DNA of 64,000 bases from Harriotta raleighana (GCA_050575255.1 JBNZDD010013696.1:3863557-3927556); one strand, 5' to 3'; counted from the first letter of the stretch, positions 1-13,510 are shown. Program-made: numbers and translations. The notes: generated from the sequence alone by a model not told the origin.

Positions 1-180
1 TTGTTTCATAATTACAGTGACAGTTTAAGATCAGCTAAATATTTCAATGTAGATGTAAGGTGGTAAGCTAGTGTATTTTAAGTTTGCTGTAACTTGGTGA
101 TCTGCGTACATGTTGTGTATCAACTGGAAAAATATGCACTCCGAATAAAAGAAATACGGTTACTCTATTCAGGACTATTC

Positions 181-336
181 TATTGTGGGACATTGCTGTG
201 CGTACCTGGCTGCCGCGTTTCGTCCACGAAATACACGGTCAATCCACTTTAAAATATCTACTGTGAAGTGCTTTAAGATGTCTAAACGGCATGATAAGGC
301 GCAATATCAAACTTAAACATTATATAATTATTATTG
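181..336 (+). mobile_element. 5'-truncated SINE (Deu-like core plus L2-type tail)
   Basis: TTGTGGGACATTGCTGTGCG...GGCTGCCGCGTTT...GTGAAGTGCTTT...AAGGCGCAATATCAAA and ATT repeats, homologous to the full copies below. Confidence 0.75.
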
Positions 337-3300
337 AAACTGAATATAGTATTTCTGCCCCCCCTTCCCCTCCAAGAAAAAAAAACTTGCTGAAGAAATA
401 CGCTATGTGGTCTGGTTCTGAGCAATACTGATTAGGAAGTCTGTGCTGAGTAAGGTGATCTGAGGCAGGATTGAGTACTAAAGAAAAATTCAGCCAGGGT
501 TTCCTGTACTTGATTGTGAAATAACCCCCTACAACAATTGCAAAACAATGCATGGACTTCGGGTAAAGATAGGATCAAGCTTATCAGGCTTGGCTGTGAT
601 CGACCTCCTTTTCTTCTCTCTCCTCTTCACCCCCCCTCTCTCCCTCCCTCCATCTCTGTGCGCTGCCCGGTTGAGTAGTATGCTAACACTTGCTGTCTTC
701 GACTGTGAAGGATATCCACTTGGTTCAAGTGGCACAGGCTCACTGTTGTCCGTGAAACTGAACCACACCTTTGGGGGAGGTCAAGAGGGGGGTTAATGGA
801 AGATAATCAAAGGCAGAATTGGACAGAGTGAGAGAACGAGACCATTATTTTTGTGGATGGGTTTCCACAGAAATAAATTTGTGGGGGGCGGGGGTTGATA
901 TTAGCGTTTAAGACATAATTTACTGAAATAGGGCACGCACTTCAGAAGGACACACTCGAATAAATCGAGCAGGGCCATATTCTGGTTAAAATGGAAGAAT
1001 GTTTCTATTGGTAATTGAGACACTTTCATTGTGAGTCATTAACCCAAAAGGCAGACCTCAATTACTTCATGAGGTTAAATGGTAGGGCTTTGTAGATTGA
1101 TTGTAAAACTACACCATTACTTGCACAGGCAAGTGTGGTTGCAGGTGTTAATACAGGTGTGATGAGACCACTACATAACCAAGGTGCCTTACTCGTAGAA
1201 TAGTGTGAAGCATTCTGTTCTGTTGGGAGACTTTGCAAATTGCCTTTTGCCTTCGGATTACAGTGACTACACTTTACGGTTAAAATCCTGTGAAGAGCTT
1301 TGGGACATCCTCCCACTATGAAAGGAATGGAAATGCAAGGAATATTTGTTTATTGAATCTGCCTCTTTCTCCCCCAGCCACCCTTTCTCTCCCCAAACCT
1401 TGCCCAAGAGAAAGGACAATAAATACTGGCAGCCTATTACACCATAGAGTGAATCACAGGTAATCTGAGCAATCGATGAGCAAACATGCTCATTGACACC
1501 TCAACTATCTGGCTGAGAGTACAGGCCAGCAAGCAAACTTACAACCTTCTGGGCTCATACTGATCTGGGCACTGCCTTTATCCTCTATAGGACACTGTGA
1601 AGTCCGTCAGCAAATTACTTACTGAGTTGTGTTACTACAGTGGTATAATTCTCAAGATATTTAATATACATGGTTGTCAGCAGGATGTAAAATAATTATT
1701 TCATTATTTCATTATTTTTTAAAAATACTGCATTCGATATTATAGCTCCCTTCACGTGGGGAACACATATCAGAGTGCTTCACAGGATTAACTGGAAAGT
1801 GTAGCAACTGTGTATTTCTTGGTGAATGTACAGTATTTGGTAATATTCATAGTTACATTGCGTAAAAAGAAATCTGTAGAGTAAGCACTATGTTAAGCTT
1901 ATATTTAATTGGTGTGAAACACACTTGTATATGTGGACTAATTGTGCTTGTCAAGTTGACTGACTAAAGTATTAATGGTAGTATTATGTACATTGCACTC
2001 ATAGCATGTAAGCAGTAGATGGTCTTCTTTTGCCTAGGCATCATAATGTATTAATGCGAATGTTGACTCACCTGGAATGGAGCTTGTGTATTTCAGAGAG
2101 GGAAAAATTGGATTTATTCAATGCTAAACCAGCGGAAAATAGCTGTGATATTGTCACCGAAACACAAAACATCCAGAAATGTAAAATACTGTTTGATCAA
2201 ACATGTCTCTCGTTCGTTATTTGCTGAGTTGGAAAACCCAGCTAGAATGATGCCAAGTCTTTTTCAAACATGAAATTACATGGTTCGACGTTTAAAATGA
2301 ATAAAACTGTGTGATCGGTTTAATATTCCTGGATTACAGTGCATTTGTAAATGACACCCATGATTTAAACCTTAACAGCTGCGTTGTTCACTATGGTTCT
2401 TGTGACCTGTGCACCAGGTTGCTGGTAGAGTATTTGAAAGCTGGATGGAGTTTGATGGGTATAAAAAGCCTGTTGTACTTGATTCATGTTGCTAAACTGA
2501 GCAGTTTGGCACAACAATTTGCATGCATTTCACTCAATTGATTATTTTGAAGATTACTTCGAAAATTAAAGCTGGGATGTGTTTTTTTTTTACTGATGCA
2601 TTGCCGTTTGTTTTATAATATTTCAAATGGAAAATCAGAAGTAGTAATTTTGCTTTATCATTCTCTGTGGCCAAATATTTGTCAATTTCCTGAGAATGGA
2701 CAGGACATTTGATCATACTAATTCTGTCCTTCCAGATTCCAAGACATTGGCAAATATCTATTGACTGTGTCTTCATAGTTAGAATTTCTCAGACTTAGTC
2801 AAAAAAAATTAAACCGTTGAGGCACCATACTTGTTTGCTTTCAAATATAGCAGGCACGCAGAAGAACCCACCCAAGTATTTGCACTGTCAGTAAAATATG
2901 ACTTACCAGTTACTTGAAGTATGAATGCTAATAGCTAAATGTGGCTGATTTTATTTTCAACCTTTCCCTTATTACAGAGGCCGATTTTTTTCCTTCAATA
3001 ATGAAGGTAATTTGCCCTGGTTGAGGGATTGCAATTCAAAAGAATTAATCCGGCGTCCCCACTCCCAAGATTTAAACACATCTTAAGACTTTTTCACAGG
3101 TCGCCTGTTAGTGGATGGTGTTACTCTCGCATAGCAGCTAATGGACGTGAACCACAGCGTGTCATTTATTGTTACCTAAGTGTGTAGGTCCTTTGCCCTT
3201 GATAGCGTCTGTAGTGCTTTCCTAACAGAGCAAGTGTGTTTAGTACAGCATAGCATACTTGCCGCATTTTAAATATTAAAGGAAAGTGACTTCCATACAG

Positions 3301-4929
3301 CATGATCAGTGAATAGTGTTAAATGCTTGAAATGGGATTGCTGAAGGAGGTGTAACATGCCCATCTTTGAAATTAAAATTGCTATTGCATTTTTATGCCA
3401 TTTCATTTTGTTGTAACTGTAGATGGGAGCAGTTTGCTTGCTGAGATAATGAGCAATACAGCTAATACAAAAAAATGAGAAATCAAGGAGGCATTTTACA
3501 CCTAATAGGTTTCCAGACCATTTTCAAGTACAAATAACAGCGAAAGAAGCTATCTGCTACAGTGAAGAGAGCTTGCTTTATAAATCTGCTATTTGTCATC
3601 TGTAAAATTTCTGACATTGTTGAAATAAGATGTTTTCTCATTCTCAATTAACTTAAAGCAGGGGTGTTAAAGATGCAGGAAGCTACTGTGGATGATTACG
3701 TACATGAAAATGCAGTATCTTAATGGTACATATTTTCATGTGGCAGCTCTGTTGCTTTTCATTCTGTGGCTAATATGTCTATTCTTATGAGTCATTTACT
3801 TCTTTAATTACCTTTTGGAAGCGAGGCATCGTAATGTATTAATGCGAATGATTTTTACAGCCAGTTTATCATACACTGGCCCTGAAGTTGAAAGATATAA
3901 TTGACTTGGAAGAGCAGCTCATGAATGAAACAATATTTAGTTGACAGTTCCCTTGTAATTTCGGATGGAGTTTAACAAATATATACGAGGCAAAAGAAGT
4001 AACAGACTCAATTAAGCGAAAAAGAAACAGGAGCAGAGTCCCAAATAAATTAATAGAAATTAATCACTTTGCACATAATCTTTCCCCCCCCCCCACCCCC
4101 CAAAAAGAAAGTGTTCATTACATTTTGACAGGTTTGGTATTGTGCTTATTTTGACCTTCTTAGCCCCGCAGAACATTTTCTATCTCTAATAAATGCAACA
4201 ATAATAGTATATCCAATAAATTAGCAGCTTATAGGCAGTAAAGATGTTTTTAAATAAAAATTGCCATTAACCCCAAACGCTCTCATTTGTCGTGTCCGCT
4301 ACCCGTAGATGCTTATTCAGAAAACCGGTGGGACTATATTGCTATATAGTCTCTTCACTGACAGTAATAATTCACTTGTATGCCACAAGTACTAAAGGCA
4401 CTGTCTGCGATCTCCAATTTCCAAAGGGTTAACACTGGTGGGGGGTTTCTTCAACTATTTGCAGTACAGTTCAGCTAACACAATAAAACTTTTCTTGCCA
4501 TCTGTTGTTAAGATAGTGGTGAACAAGGTCGGGATATCCAAACACAGTGCTGGTCTGCTGTAAAATGAACCTGTCAGCTAGGCATAGCTTTGTTGACCTA
4601 CCCAGTGTGCAGGGCAGTATCTGGTACCAGGCACCAAGGTTCATTTATAGCTTACAGGGGGACCGTTGGGGGAAGATGTTTACTTGTCGTCAGTCAGGTT
4701 CCTCTCTCCACCCAAAATGATTTTTTGTGCAGAAGTATTATTTATGTTGGCCATGGAATCAGCCAGTTGCCTCATTTTTGCAATTAGTGTGTAACTCTTT
4801 GCACATTTATTTCCCTTATCGTGTCGAATCAAAATGTTGCCAGGACAAGGATTGTAAAGGCTTTGCTGACCTTAGCCTGGTGTGAGGATGGAGGGGGTCA
4901 GCATTTCACACTCACACAATGTGGTTTCA

Positions 4930-5115
4930 GCGCCTTGGGATCTTGAGACGTCCTTCTGACGTGAAAGGCCCTTATACAAGTGAATTGTAGTTGTGTTGTT
5001 GTTCAACTCTTGCCACCGGTGCTGATACATTCACCCACAGCAATGCAATACAACATCTGCACAACAAATTGCATTTATATAGCGCTTTTCACATCAGGAG
5101 TATGTCCCAAGGATA
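4930..5115. mobile_element. Two L2-type 3' tail stubs in tail-to-tail orientation (+ 4930-5005, - 5055-5115)
   Basis: GTGAAAGGCCCTTATACAAGTG..(GTT)n and the inverted ACAACAAATTGCATTTATATAGCGCTTTTCACATCAGGAG. Confidence 0.65.
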
Positions 5116-6775
5116 CGTGCCACAAACCTCTTAATGTTCTGGCCCCACCAGTCACAGGGAGTATGGAACCGTTACCTTAAAGGGAAAGGCCAATTCAAAT
5201 GTGAAATTAACCAAATTATTAATTTATTTTTCTCAGATTCAGTCGAACGTCTCAGTTCAAATTGATTCGGTTTGGAGCACATTCCTAATAAAAACTGGAA
5301 GCTTCATGTCAATAGTATTTTGCTGGACCCTAAAATTGGATTTTTCAAGCGTTGTTTTTGTGTGTTACCTGCAAATACACACAATCACTGCGCTTCACAG
5401 GGGGAAAAATGGCGCCTTTCGACATCCTCCTGATGCGAAAGGCGCCATACAAATGTCATTTGTTGCTTCTTGTTGTTGAGTCTTTGAGATTTTTTGATGT
5501 GCTGTATCAGACAGACGGAAGGGTCTTTTAGCCTATCAAAAAAGGGAAGGATTTGAGGTGGATCGGAGATGATGTCTTGACGGATTGAATTTGGGATTTG
5601 CTGGGTGACCCACTCGCTGTTAAAACAACGCTAATTTTGTTGTACAAAGGCTCGTATGCAAAGATGCCTTTGACGGCTTTGAGCTCTCCTTTGATAGAGA
5701 TTCTTCGGTGTAAACCTTAATCTTCAAACATACGTTGGATAGGATGTCTGATTTAAATGTCAGTTGTGCTAAGTAGTGAGAAGTGTGAAGCCACACAGAA
5801 AGTCAAGCAGATAACCTTGACATTTGGGACATTGGCTGCGACAATGCAAAGCCTTTTTTTTTAAAAGGGACTACATTAAGGGGTCACCTATTAGTGATGT
5901 TTTTGCTGGATGTCTGAAAGCTCGGCTTGCCTGTCTATTAAACTCAAACTACTGTGTAAACATTCCTCTGTTGTTCCTAGTCTGTACAATGGCCTAAGGG
6001 ATCAGATTTCACCTGCCTGCACATCTTCAAGCAATTATATCAATTAGTTTGAAGTCCATTTTCACATTCAAGGTTTAAAGTGGTATTCAAGACGAGGCAC
6101 TTATTCAAGAGAAATTTAGAATAGCCTCTAATTTTTACAGCTGAATACTTAAAGCAGTTTGACGTTTTATAGATGCAAGATGTTGGTTGATGTGCCATCC
6201 GACTGTATCATTATTAAAAAGTAACAATTTTATTTGAACTGTTTTTTTAATTAAAAAAAGACTTAATAGCAGGAGAAAGGGCCGGCAATCTTAACTGGGT
6301 TCGAAGGGCAGAAATTCCTTTTTGTTTCCTTCTATTTATGTGTTTATTTTTCTCTCCCCACAAAATTATTTTTGCTGCCTCGACAGTCAAGATGGTGTAC
6401 AGCAAATTGGCTTAGCAAACAAACTTAAGACTATTTTCTCACGCCTTGTGCTTTAAATAAAAAAAGATTTCTTTCCATAAGTGAGATGATTTTGAAGCGT
6501 GATGCTGTACTATCTTCAAATTGTCGCCTCTTGGTAAATATGCCTGTACATTTTACCATGAGTCTATTATTTCCAGAGAAGACAGTAATTTTAAACATCC
6601 CTGGTGTTACAAACAGAAGGCTGGATGGAGTATGGTTTCCTGAGAGGAGGGTTGTGATAAAGGCTGCAATGTTGGCTAAATTAGGATTTTAGAATTTTTC
6701 TGCTGTTTATCCCAACACTTTGCTTTAGTTCCGCTAATTCATTGGATCCTGTATAGGATTTCAAAATTGTGACCA

Positions 6776-6900
6776 CATAATAATAATATTAATAATCTGT
6801 GCTCTTGATATAGCACCTGATGTCTTCTAGACGTCTCAAAGAGCTTCACAGAATATACAGTAAAGTGAATTGACTGTATATTTGTGGCCAAAATATGGCT
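6776..6900 (-). mobile_element. SINE 3' fragment
   Basis: (AAT)n followed by the reverse complement of the SINE tail (CTTCACAGAATATACAGTAAAGTGAATTGACTGTATATTTGTGG). Confidence 0.8.
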
Positions 6901-7131
6901 CCACTATCTACTTCATTTAATGATTGTTGTCAATTTGACGTGATTGCCAGCTCATGGGTGTTAGGCAGCATCTTTTCAACTGTGAGCTTCTCCTGGTTTC
7001 CTGGCCAATAGTTCAATAAAATTGGTCACATCACATCATGGTTGTTTGTGGGACATTGCTGTTGCCAAACTAAGTTGCTGCCACATTCACCTCCAATAAT
7101 ATACTGCAAGTCGCTATACTTTATGGTAAAC

Positions 7132-7500
7132 AATAATAATCCTTGCTTTTGGGATAGCGCCTTATCACGTCTTCAAGACATCTCAATGCGCTTCCCGGAA
7201 TATACTGTAAAGTGAATTGACTTTATATTCTGTGGGTGAAATGCGGAAGTCAATTTCGAATTGCAGTGTCCCACAAACAGTCGTGGATTGAAGTCTCCAA
7301 TTTATTACTTCCTTTCAAGGAACTATTACCCCCGGAAAAGTGATCCGCCAATCGACTAACAACCAGGTTACTACTTACTGCTAGCTAAACAAAGGCGTAT
7401 GGAGTAAGGAAACTTGCCCAACATTTTGGTCCGCCAGGAATTGAACCCAGGTCTCTTTCACTTGCGAGGCGGGTGCTCTAACCCCTGAGCTACAGGACTC
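7132..7500 (-). mobile_element. Full-length tRNA-derived SINE
   Basis: The minus strand reads GTCCTGTAGCTCAGGGGTTAGAGCACC...GGGTTCAATTCC (A/B boxes), then the body and an (ATT)n tail. Confidence 0.85.
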
Positions 7501-8539
7501 CGCTTGCCTACAGGGTGTGAAGTACGGCATGATTAAGAGGCTGAGGCTATCCCAAGCAGCTCTCACCCCTCTCCTATTAGGTGATAAAAGGAGCGAAGGC
7601 CTGCGAGACGGTTTTGCACCTGTTCCCTCAACTAAAGGCTGGCGCCGAGCCTGAAGGGAAGCAAAAAGAGGTGTAGAAAATGAAATTCTCTAACGTAAAG
7701 GCATTACAGTAGAAAATTGCAGAAGCAGCCCTGCATTGTATTTTTGAGAAAAAATATTGATCAAATGTCTTGACCATTTAACATCTGAGTTTCGATTGAA
7801 AATTTGGGAATAGCGTGAAAATTGCAGGATCTCACAGTTTGGATGAACGTCTTGAAGGCGATTTATGTGGAGGATACATAGAAGGGAGTGATGATTTCTA
7901 ATGGAATTTCCTCCGAACCATTGCAGAACCTGAAAGCTCACATACACCTCATATAAAATGGAATAACACAGCCCTGTGTGTGAGATGGCAAATACCCTGT
8001 ATCCACTATTCCTCTTAGGTACAATCTGCATGTGACCCACCACTATAAAAAGCTTTGAGATGTTGGCCTACCTTAGGGTTATCCAACTAGTGGCCACTCG
8101 TTTTGATTTCATCCGCTGCCCTCCCTCTCTCATTTCATCTGGTTTACGGTCCACCCACTCCCTTCACTACTCCTAAATGTTTATGTGTCTGGAAGGGAAG
8201 CACACAAGTATTGCTTGCGTGGCCTGGGGACATTTCTCAAGTAGGACAACCAGCTCTCAGCAGCCAAAGGTTGGACCCACCTAACCTGTCCTACCCTGAA
8301 GGGAAGTTCAAAGGCAAGTTGTTGCTGTTGTTGCTGAGATTGTGAACTCCACAGAGTGGAGAGCATCGTTGAATGGAGGCTAACAAGTGCACAACAAGTC
8401 CCCTGGGCCAGCCTTGAGCTTGGTTCAATTATTCACAAGGCTCAGGTTGGAGCGTTCACAGAGAAACGTGCTGGCAGTGAGGCTGACACATGAACCAATG
8501 GTTACAGGCAGCTGTTGCCACTGAGCGGAAGTTTGAGTG

Positions 8540-8801
8540 ACCGGGAGCTGAGGAGAAACTTTTTCACTCAGCGAGTTGTTCGAATCTGGAATGCATTGCC
8601 TGAAAAGGTGGTGGAGGCTGATTCGATAACAACTTTTAAAAGGGAATTAGATCTTTATTTAGGGAGAACAGGTCTATTAGGCTATGGGGAGCGAGCAGGG
8701 CAGTGGGATTAAATCGCTCTTTTCAAAGAGCCGGCACAGACTAGATGGGCCGAATGGCCTCCTTTTGTGCCGTAAACTTCTATGAATCTATGAATCTATG
8801 A
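8540..8801 (+). mobile_element. CR1 LINE 3' end (ORF2 C-terminus plus 3' UTR)
   Basis: Translation LRRNFFTQRVVRIWNALPEKVVEADSITTFKRELDLYL is a typical CR1 ORF2 C-terminus; GGGCCGAATGGCCT stem; terminal 8-mer repeat (TCTATGAA)3. Confidence 0.92.
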
Positions 8802-8865
8802 AACTAACACTACCAGCAAGAAACCCACAGACTCGGTGTTAAAATAATTCACTGGGAAACCCAGT

Positions 8866-9000
8866 CGATTATTATTAATAATAATAATAATAATGTTAAA
8901 TAATAATCCTTGTGATTGATAGAGCGCCTTATGACATCTTTGAGATGACTCAAACTATACAGTATAGGATAAATTGAATTGACTATACATTTTGTGGGCA
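8866..9000 (-). mobile_element. SINE 3' fragment
   Basis: (AAT)n plus the reverse-complement tail through TTGTGGGCAAAA. Confidence 0.7.
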
Positions 9001-9524
9001 AAATTGAGAGCACTGAGCAGAACTCACAAGGCCCAGGACAGCTGCCGATCCGTTAAATTCAACAACCCAAACTTCACAAGTACAGCATTGGCAAGACTTC
9101 CAAATGTCTGTGTGTTTACACACATCAAAATCCCCTGTCCAAAGGTATTTTTAAAATTAGAATAACTTTACATCAACCGCAATTTTTATCTGTTAATTCT
9201 GGTGCCTGGGTAGCTTTTTAGCAACACTTTGCTTGCGAGTATTAGAAGCTATTTATATTAGGATATGAGACACTACAGGTTTGGAATTTTTTAAAAGCCC
9301 AATGTCATGCAAATTTCATAGGCTGAGATTATAGTTACACAGATTGTGTCTGTGCTCCTTGTGTGTGGCTCACTCAACTAACTGGATAATTCTGGAGGTG
9401 CAATTTTTTTGTTCAGAAGATTTCACTTATTTAGGCAAGGATACGAGTGGTTTGCAAAAACCAAACTATTGATGCTATTTTTAAAACAGCCAAAGAGACC
9501 ATTGATGTACAGTGTTCCCACCAT

Positions 9525-9692
9525 TAATAATAACAACAACAGCAATAACATTACATTTGTATAGATCCTTTCATGACCGGAGGATTGAGTCCCAAGACGC
9601 TGGACAGTCAGTGTTTCAGGCCCGAGCTGGGATAGGGATTGGGGAGGGTGGGCGGTGACCGAAGAGGAGAGTCTTGAGGAAGGATTTAAATG
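9525..9692 (-). mobile_element. L2 LINE 3' end fragment
   Basis: (AAC)n tail, then reverse-complement similarity to the 3' end of the L2 copies at 19300-19495 and 32550-32730. Confidence 0.7.
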
Positions 9693-10821
9693 GCAGTGTA
9701 AGAATGCTTTCACACTGAAACTGTCGTTTCAGATAAATAACTGTTCATATTTTATGAAGAGAGTATCACATTCCAATTGCTGGGGTCTGTTATTCTATTA
9801 AAAATGAGTTCCATGACCAGTTCCCCCTCCCCTTTACCTCACCCCCCCACCCCCAATGATACCCTCTGCTTCCGCAATGGCTCAATGAAAGAATACCTTA
9901 TTGACCAAGAAGGTTCGTGGCTTGCCCAGCTCATGTCACCAGCCAAAATAGCAGCTGGGAAAGTAAACCAACTAAAGTGTTCAAACCTACATTTGTTTGT
10001 GTGTTACAATATGTATAAGCTATAAAGGTCACTCAAGTATCAAAGGCTGGAATGCTGATATCAACATAAGGAATGAAAGTCAGACATCTTTGGGGAAAGC
10101 TTTAAAAATGCTTTAAAACTCCCCTGACAGCTCTGTGTGGAGAGCCAGCCATCTCCCAGTGAAGCACTCACTACACCAGCAGGTTCACATGGCTGGTGCG
10201 GTGGAACCTGATCTCAGCTAGAGCAGCACCAGTCAGGCTACAATTTCTTGCAGCTCGATGTGGACAAGGCGAAAGCCATCCTTTTCAATGTTTCCTCACT
10301 CTGGCTGTGATCTCCTGCAACCTCCCTGGCGTGTCTCCCTCTCTCAAACGTCTCTAAAAAATTCTTTTCTTCCTCGATCTTTGGTATCCTGAGCAAGACC
10401 TGACGTAACCCATAACCTCCTGGCTCGAGAGGGAAGAGCGCTGTTGACTAAGCCAGACTGACAGATGTGTATGTGCGGATGTAGGGTGAGGAAAGGTGTA
10501 GTTGTCTCGGATCACCTTTGAGAATAATTTATGACTGTTTGGGAGAGAGGAGAGAGGGATGGAGTACGGAGGTTCAAACCCTGCACAAAAAGTGAATGCA
10601 TTTATTGTCGCTGTGTTTGTGCTCGGTTGCAAAGAGTGAAATTAAAAATAAGCATGTCGGCTATTAACACACTCACTGAATCCCTGGGACACCCACCTGC
10701 TGCTGAGGTTTGCGTTTTCTCATCCAAACCTCTAGGGGGGCCTCCCGTCTGTGAACATATTGACCCCACACAGAGGATGGCTCCTGTTTGCCAAGTCCAG
10801 GGGTGGCGTTGGCATTGGAAG

Positions 10822-11012
10822 ATCATAATAATAATAATAATCTTGGCTTGACACAGACTCACCCAAACGTCTCAAAACGCTTCACAGTTAATTACTATCA
10901 ACTGCAGTGACTGTGTTTGTCGGTGAATGTGGCAGCCAAGTGTGCGCACGGCAGCAACTCCCAATCTGCCAGGAGGTGAATGGCAGACATTTAACTGGAG
11001 GTTGTCAGCCAG
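10822..11012 (-). mobile_element. Decayed SINE (tail plus part of the Deu-like core)
   Basis: (AAT)n, CAAAACGCTTCACAG, GGCAGCCAAGTGTGCGCACGGCAG and GTTGTCAGCCAGGAC match the reverse strand of the SINE body. Confidence 0.6.
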
Positions 11013-12004
11013 GACGTGTCTGGGTAAGTGTGAAGCCTTCTCACAGGGCTTCCCAAATGGGTCAGAGTGCATAACTAGCAAAGCGACACAGTTTGAAGCA
11101 TATCGGGTATCTTCAGAGCGCATGGTTTACAAAAGCTGCAACTGTAGAATGGAGCCTCAATTTAGTATTTTTCAGATCCTGTGTAGTTCCCACTTTCAGT
11201 TAATGGTAAAATACAGTGCAAACGTCTGCCGGTTAAAATGCATTTACTTTTAAGTATATATCCCTTGTATATTTTTTTCCGAGCCGGTCATATGATCCTG
11301 CCTTTTTGAACTTTAATATGCGAACAATCAGTTCCACCTAATATATGTCTCGGTTTTGTCATAATACATACTCAGACAACATGCTGTTGCCCACATTTGT
11401 GAGCTTTAGATACTGCTGCCAGTCAGCCTCTGGTGGGTTATCTCCAGTGTCTGGATTTGCTTTAAGACTTGTACGTCTATCATGGTGGTGTTTCTTTGAA
11501 TGCGAGATCAAAAGAAGATGAATTCCAGCAAAAAAAAATTCCTTGTATGAAGAAAGGAACAGCCTTATGTAAACATCCCCATGACAGCTCCCAATGAGTT
11601 ATTTTACTAGAGCATTAGCGCCTGGGATGACAGACAGGCTGAGGGAGTACGTGCAAAATAACAAATCAGTCCCCCAGAGCTAGCAGGCAGTTGCCACAAC
11701 AGAAATAAGATTTCTAAAGGAATTTTGTCCCAGTTTTATTGTAAACGGTTGTGTGGCAGTTCATCTTTTTACAAGCTGTCTTTGCCACGGAGTCTTGTAA
11801 AAAGCAAGCGCTAGTTTTCTTTTTAACTGAGAGATGTTTGCGTGGAGGCATTCAACCGACCATGAAAGCAGCCGTAATGATGAATAGAGCCTAGGATAGA
11901 TTTGAGGGAAAAGTCAAGATGGGCACTGTAGGGTTTGGTTTATTTGTTATTTACTTATGTGAGCATTGCTACTGTGGAAACGGGCCTGTGAGCTGACCAG
12001 AAAG

Positions 12005-12180
12005 GGCAGCCTTCCAGTGTATTTTCATTTCAGTGTGCTTCAGCTGCACAGCACTTCCTGTTTATTCAACATCTTTACACCATTCTTCAGCCCCCGCTTC
12101 ACAGTAACAGAACAACTGCAAGATGACGGAAATTTAGAGGCTGTGAGATCTTTCGGTAAACTTCCCACTTTCTCTATAAT
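12005..12180 (+). promoter_or_regulatory. Conserved element resembling a FOXP1 alternative first exon/promoter; FOX:ETS composite ACTTCCTGTTTAT at 12053-12065
   Basis: Different frames give FQCIF, SVLQLHSTSCLF, HSSAPASQ*, KMTEI* and FGKLPTFS. These are colinear with the N-terminus I recall for a human FOXP1 isoform (MFQCVFPSSVLQPHSTSCLF...ATPASQ...KKTEI...FAKLFIFS-ALQVARQ). Recalled from memory, not searched. Confidence 0.65.
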
Positions 12181-13009
12181 TGTTTGTGTTGTTTCCAGAG
12201 TTAATCTGCCAATTATAACCATGCCAGCAAGTTCAGTAGCAGTGCTGTCGAAAGATGCAAATGTTATTATTTAATCTTAAAATGATGGCAAATTAGGTCG
12301 CGCAGAGGAATAAAAAAACATTAGGAAGAAGCAAAGTGCATTATATCATTATTAGTGTTTTATGTAAATACCAGAGATGACTGTACAGCCGGTAGAGAAT
12401 AAGTAGAGTCAAATGAGAGACAGTGGGAAACAAAAGAACAGCAAGTCTACTAAAAGTACGTGTTAATTTGCAAAATCAGATTCAACTCCATGAAAGTTGT
12501 CTCTCTCTGATTAGCATTGGGTGGTGAGCTGTTGGCCTGGCCCAGGCTGTTTGTTTAATGGTAGGAGTAATCACATGGTGGGGGAGGGAAGGGAATGGAA
12601 AGAGTGACTGAATGTATTTACTCAGATGTTATGCTGATGTAGGTGTGGAACTGAAAGTCACTGTGGGAACTGTGGGTTGCTTTTTTGTTGGTATCTTCAT
12701 TGCTCTGATGGCCATCACATTTCCCAGCTTTTTGGGTTTTGTTTGTTCTGGACGGACTATATTTGATTATTTGTCAAAAGAAGAGGTGGGGGGAGAAAAA
12801 AAGCCTTCTGTGTTTTATTTTCCAAGCATTAGTTTAGAGTTTAGCATTTTCCAGTTTTTTTAAAGCCATTAAATCTGAATTTTCTCCTTGTTGTATGACT
12901 ATAGATTGTTTTAAAAAAGCATTGGATTCAGTGGAATATCTTCATATTATTTTCTCTTTTTAGTTTACAAAATATTCTATCATCTTCCTCATTCCTGTCC
13001 CCCCACCCA

Positions 13010-13028
13010 CCACACACACACACACACA
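13010..13028. repeat. (CA)n microsatellite
   Basis: Direct read. Confidence 0.9.
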
Positions 13029-13510
13029 TCCCATTTTATTATTCACCCACTCAGAAACATTAGCTGGGATTAGCTGTTTTGTAACATACTAGCTAGGTCT
13101 TCATAATGCAACGTGCCTTTGGAAAATTTGATACCTACTACAACCGTCCATTAATGCAGTCTGCAAATGGAATAGTCTTTTAGTGAGTAAGGGAGATATC
13201 AGAGCTGAGAAATTGTTGTTGATGCAACTTTTATTTCCAACAGAAGCGCTATTAAATCCGAACACACTTTCGGAATGAAATGTTTCAGTTATGTAAGTGG
13301 CACGTTCAATATAATTGAACGCATTTCTATTTCAAAAACGGTTCTTCGCGGGTGTTAGCCTGCAGGTTCAAGTGGTAAAACGAGACATATGGGAGCACCA
13401 TTTACGGTAACTCTTTTGTTTGAGAGGGTAATAAACAGTGTCCCAATGGATACATTTATGGTTGAAGAAAGGTGAATGTTATTCCTTTTTTTTTCCCCCT
13501 CTTAACGCAG

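Noticed and set aside
529-796. Overlapping ORFs across a CT-rich tract
   Set aside because: Low complexity explains the open frames; no recognisable homology or splice signals linking them to FoxP.
8515-8712. 65-aa ORF as a host gene
   Set aside because: It is the C-terminus of CR1 ORF2 in a 5'-truncated insertion.
11966-12274. 102-aa ORF as a protein-coding exon
   Set aside because: Non-ATG start, and similarity to the recalled human peptide is spread over several frames with stops; treated as regulatory.
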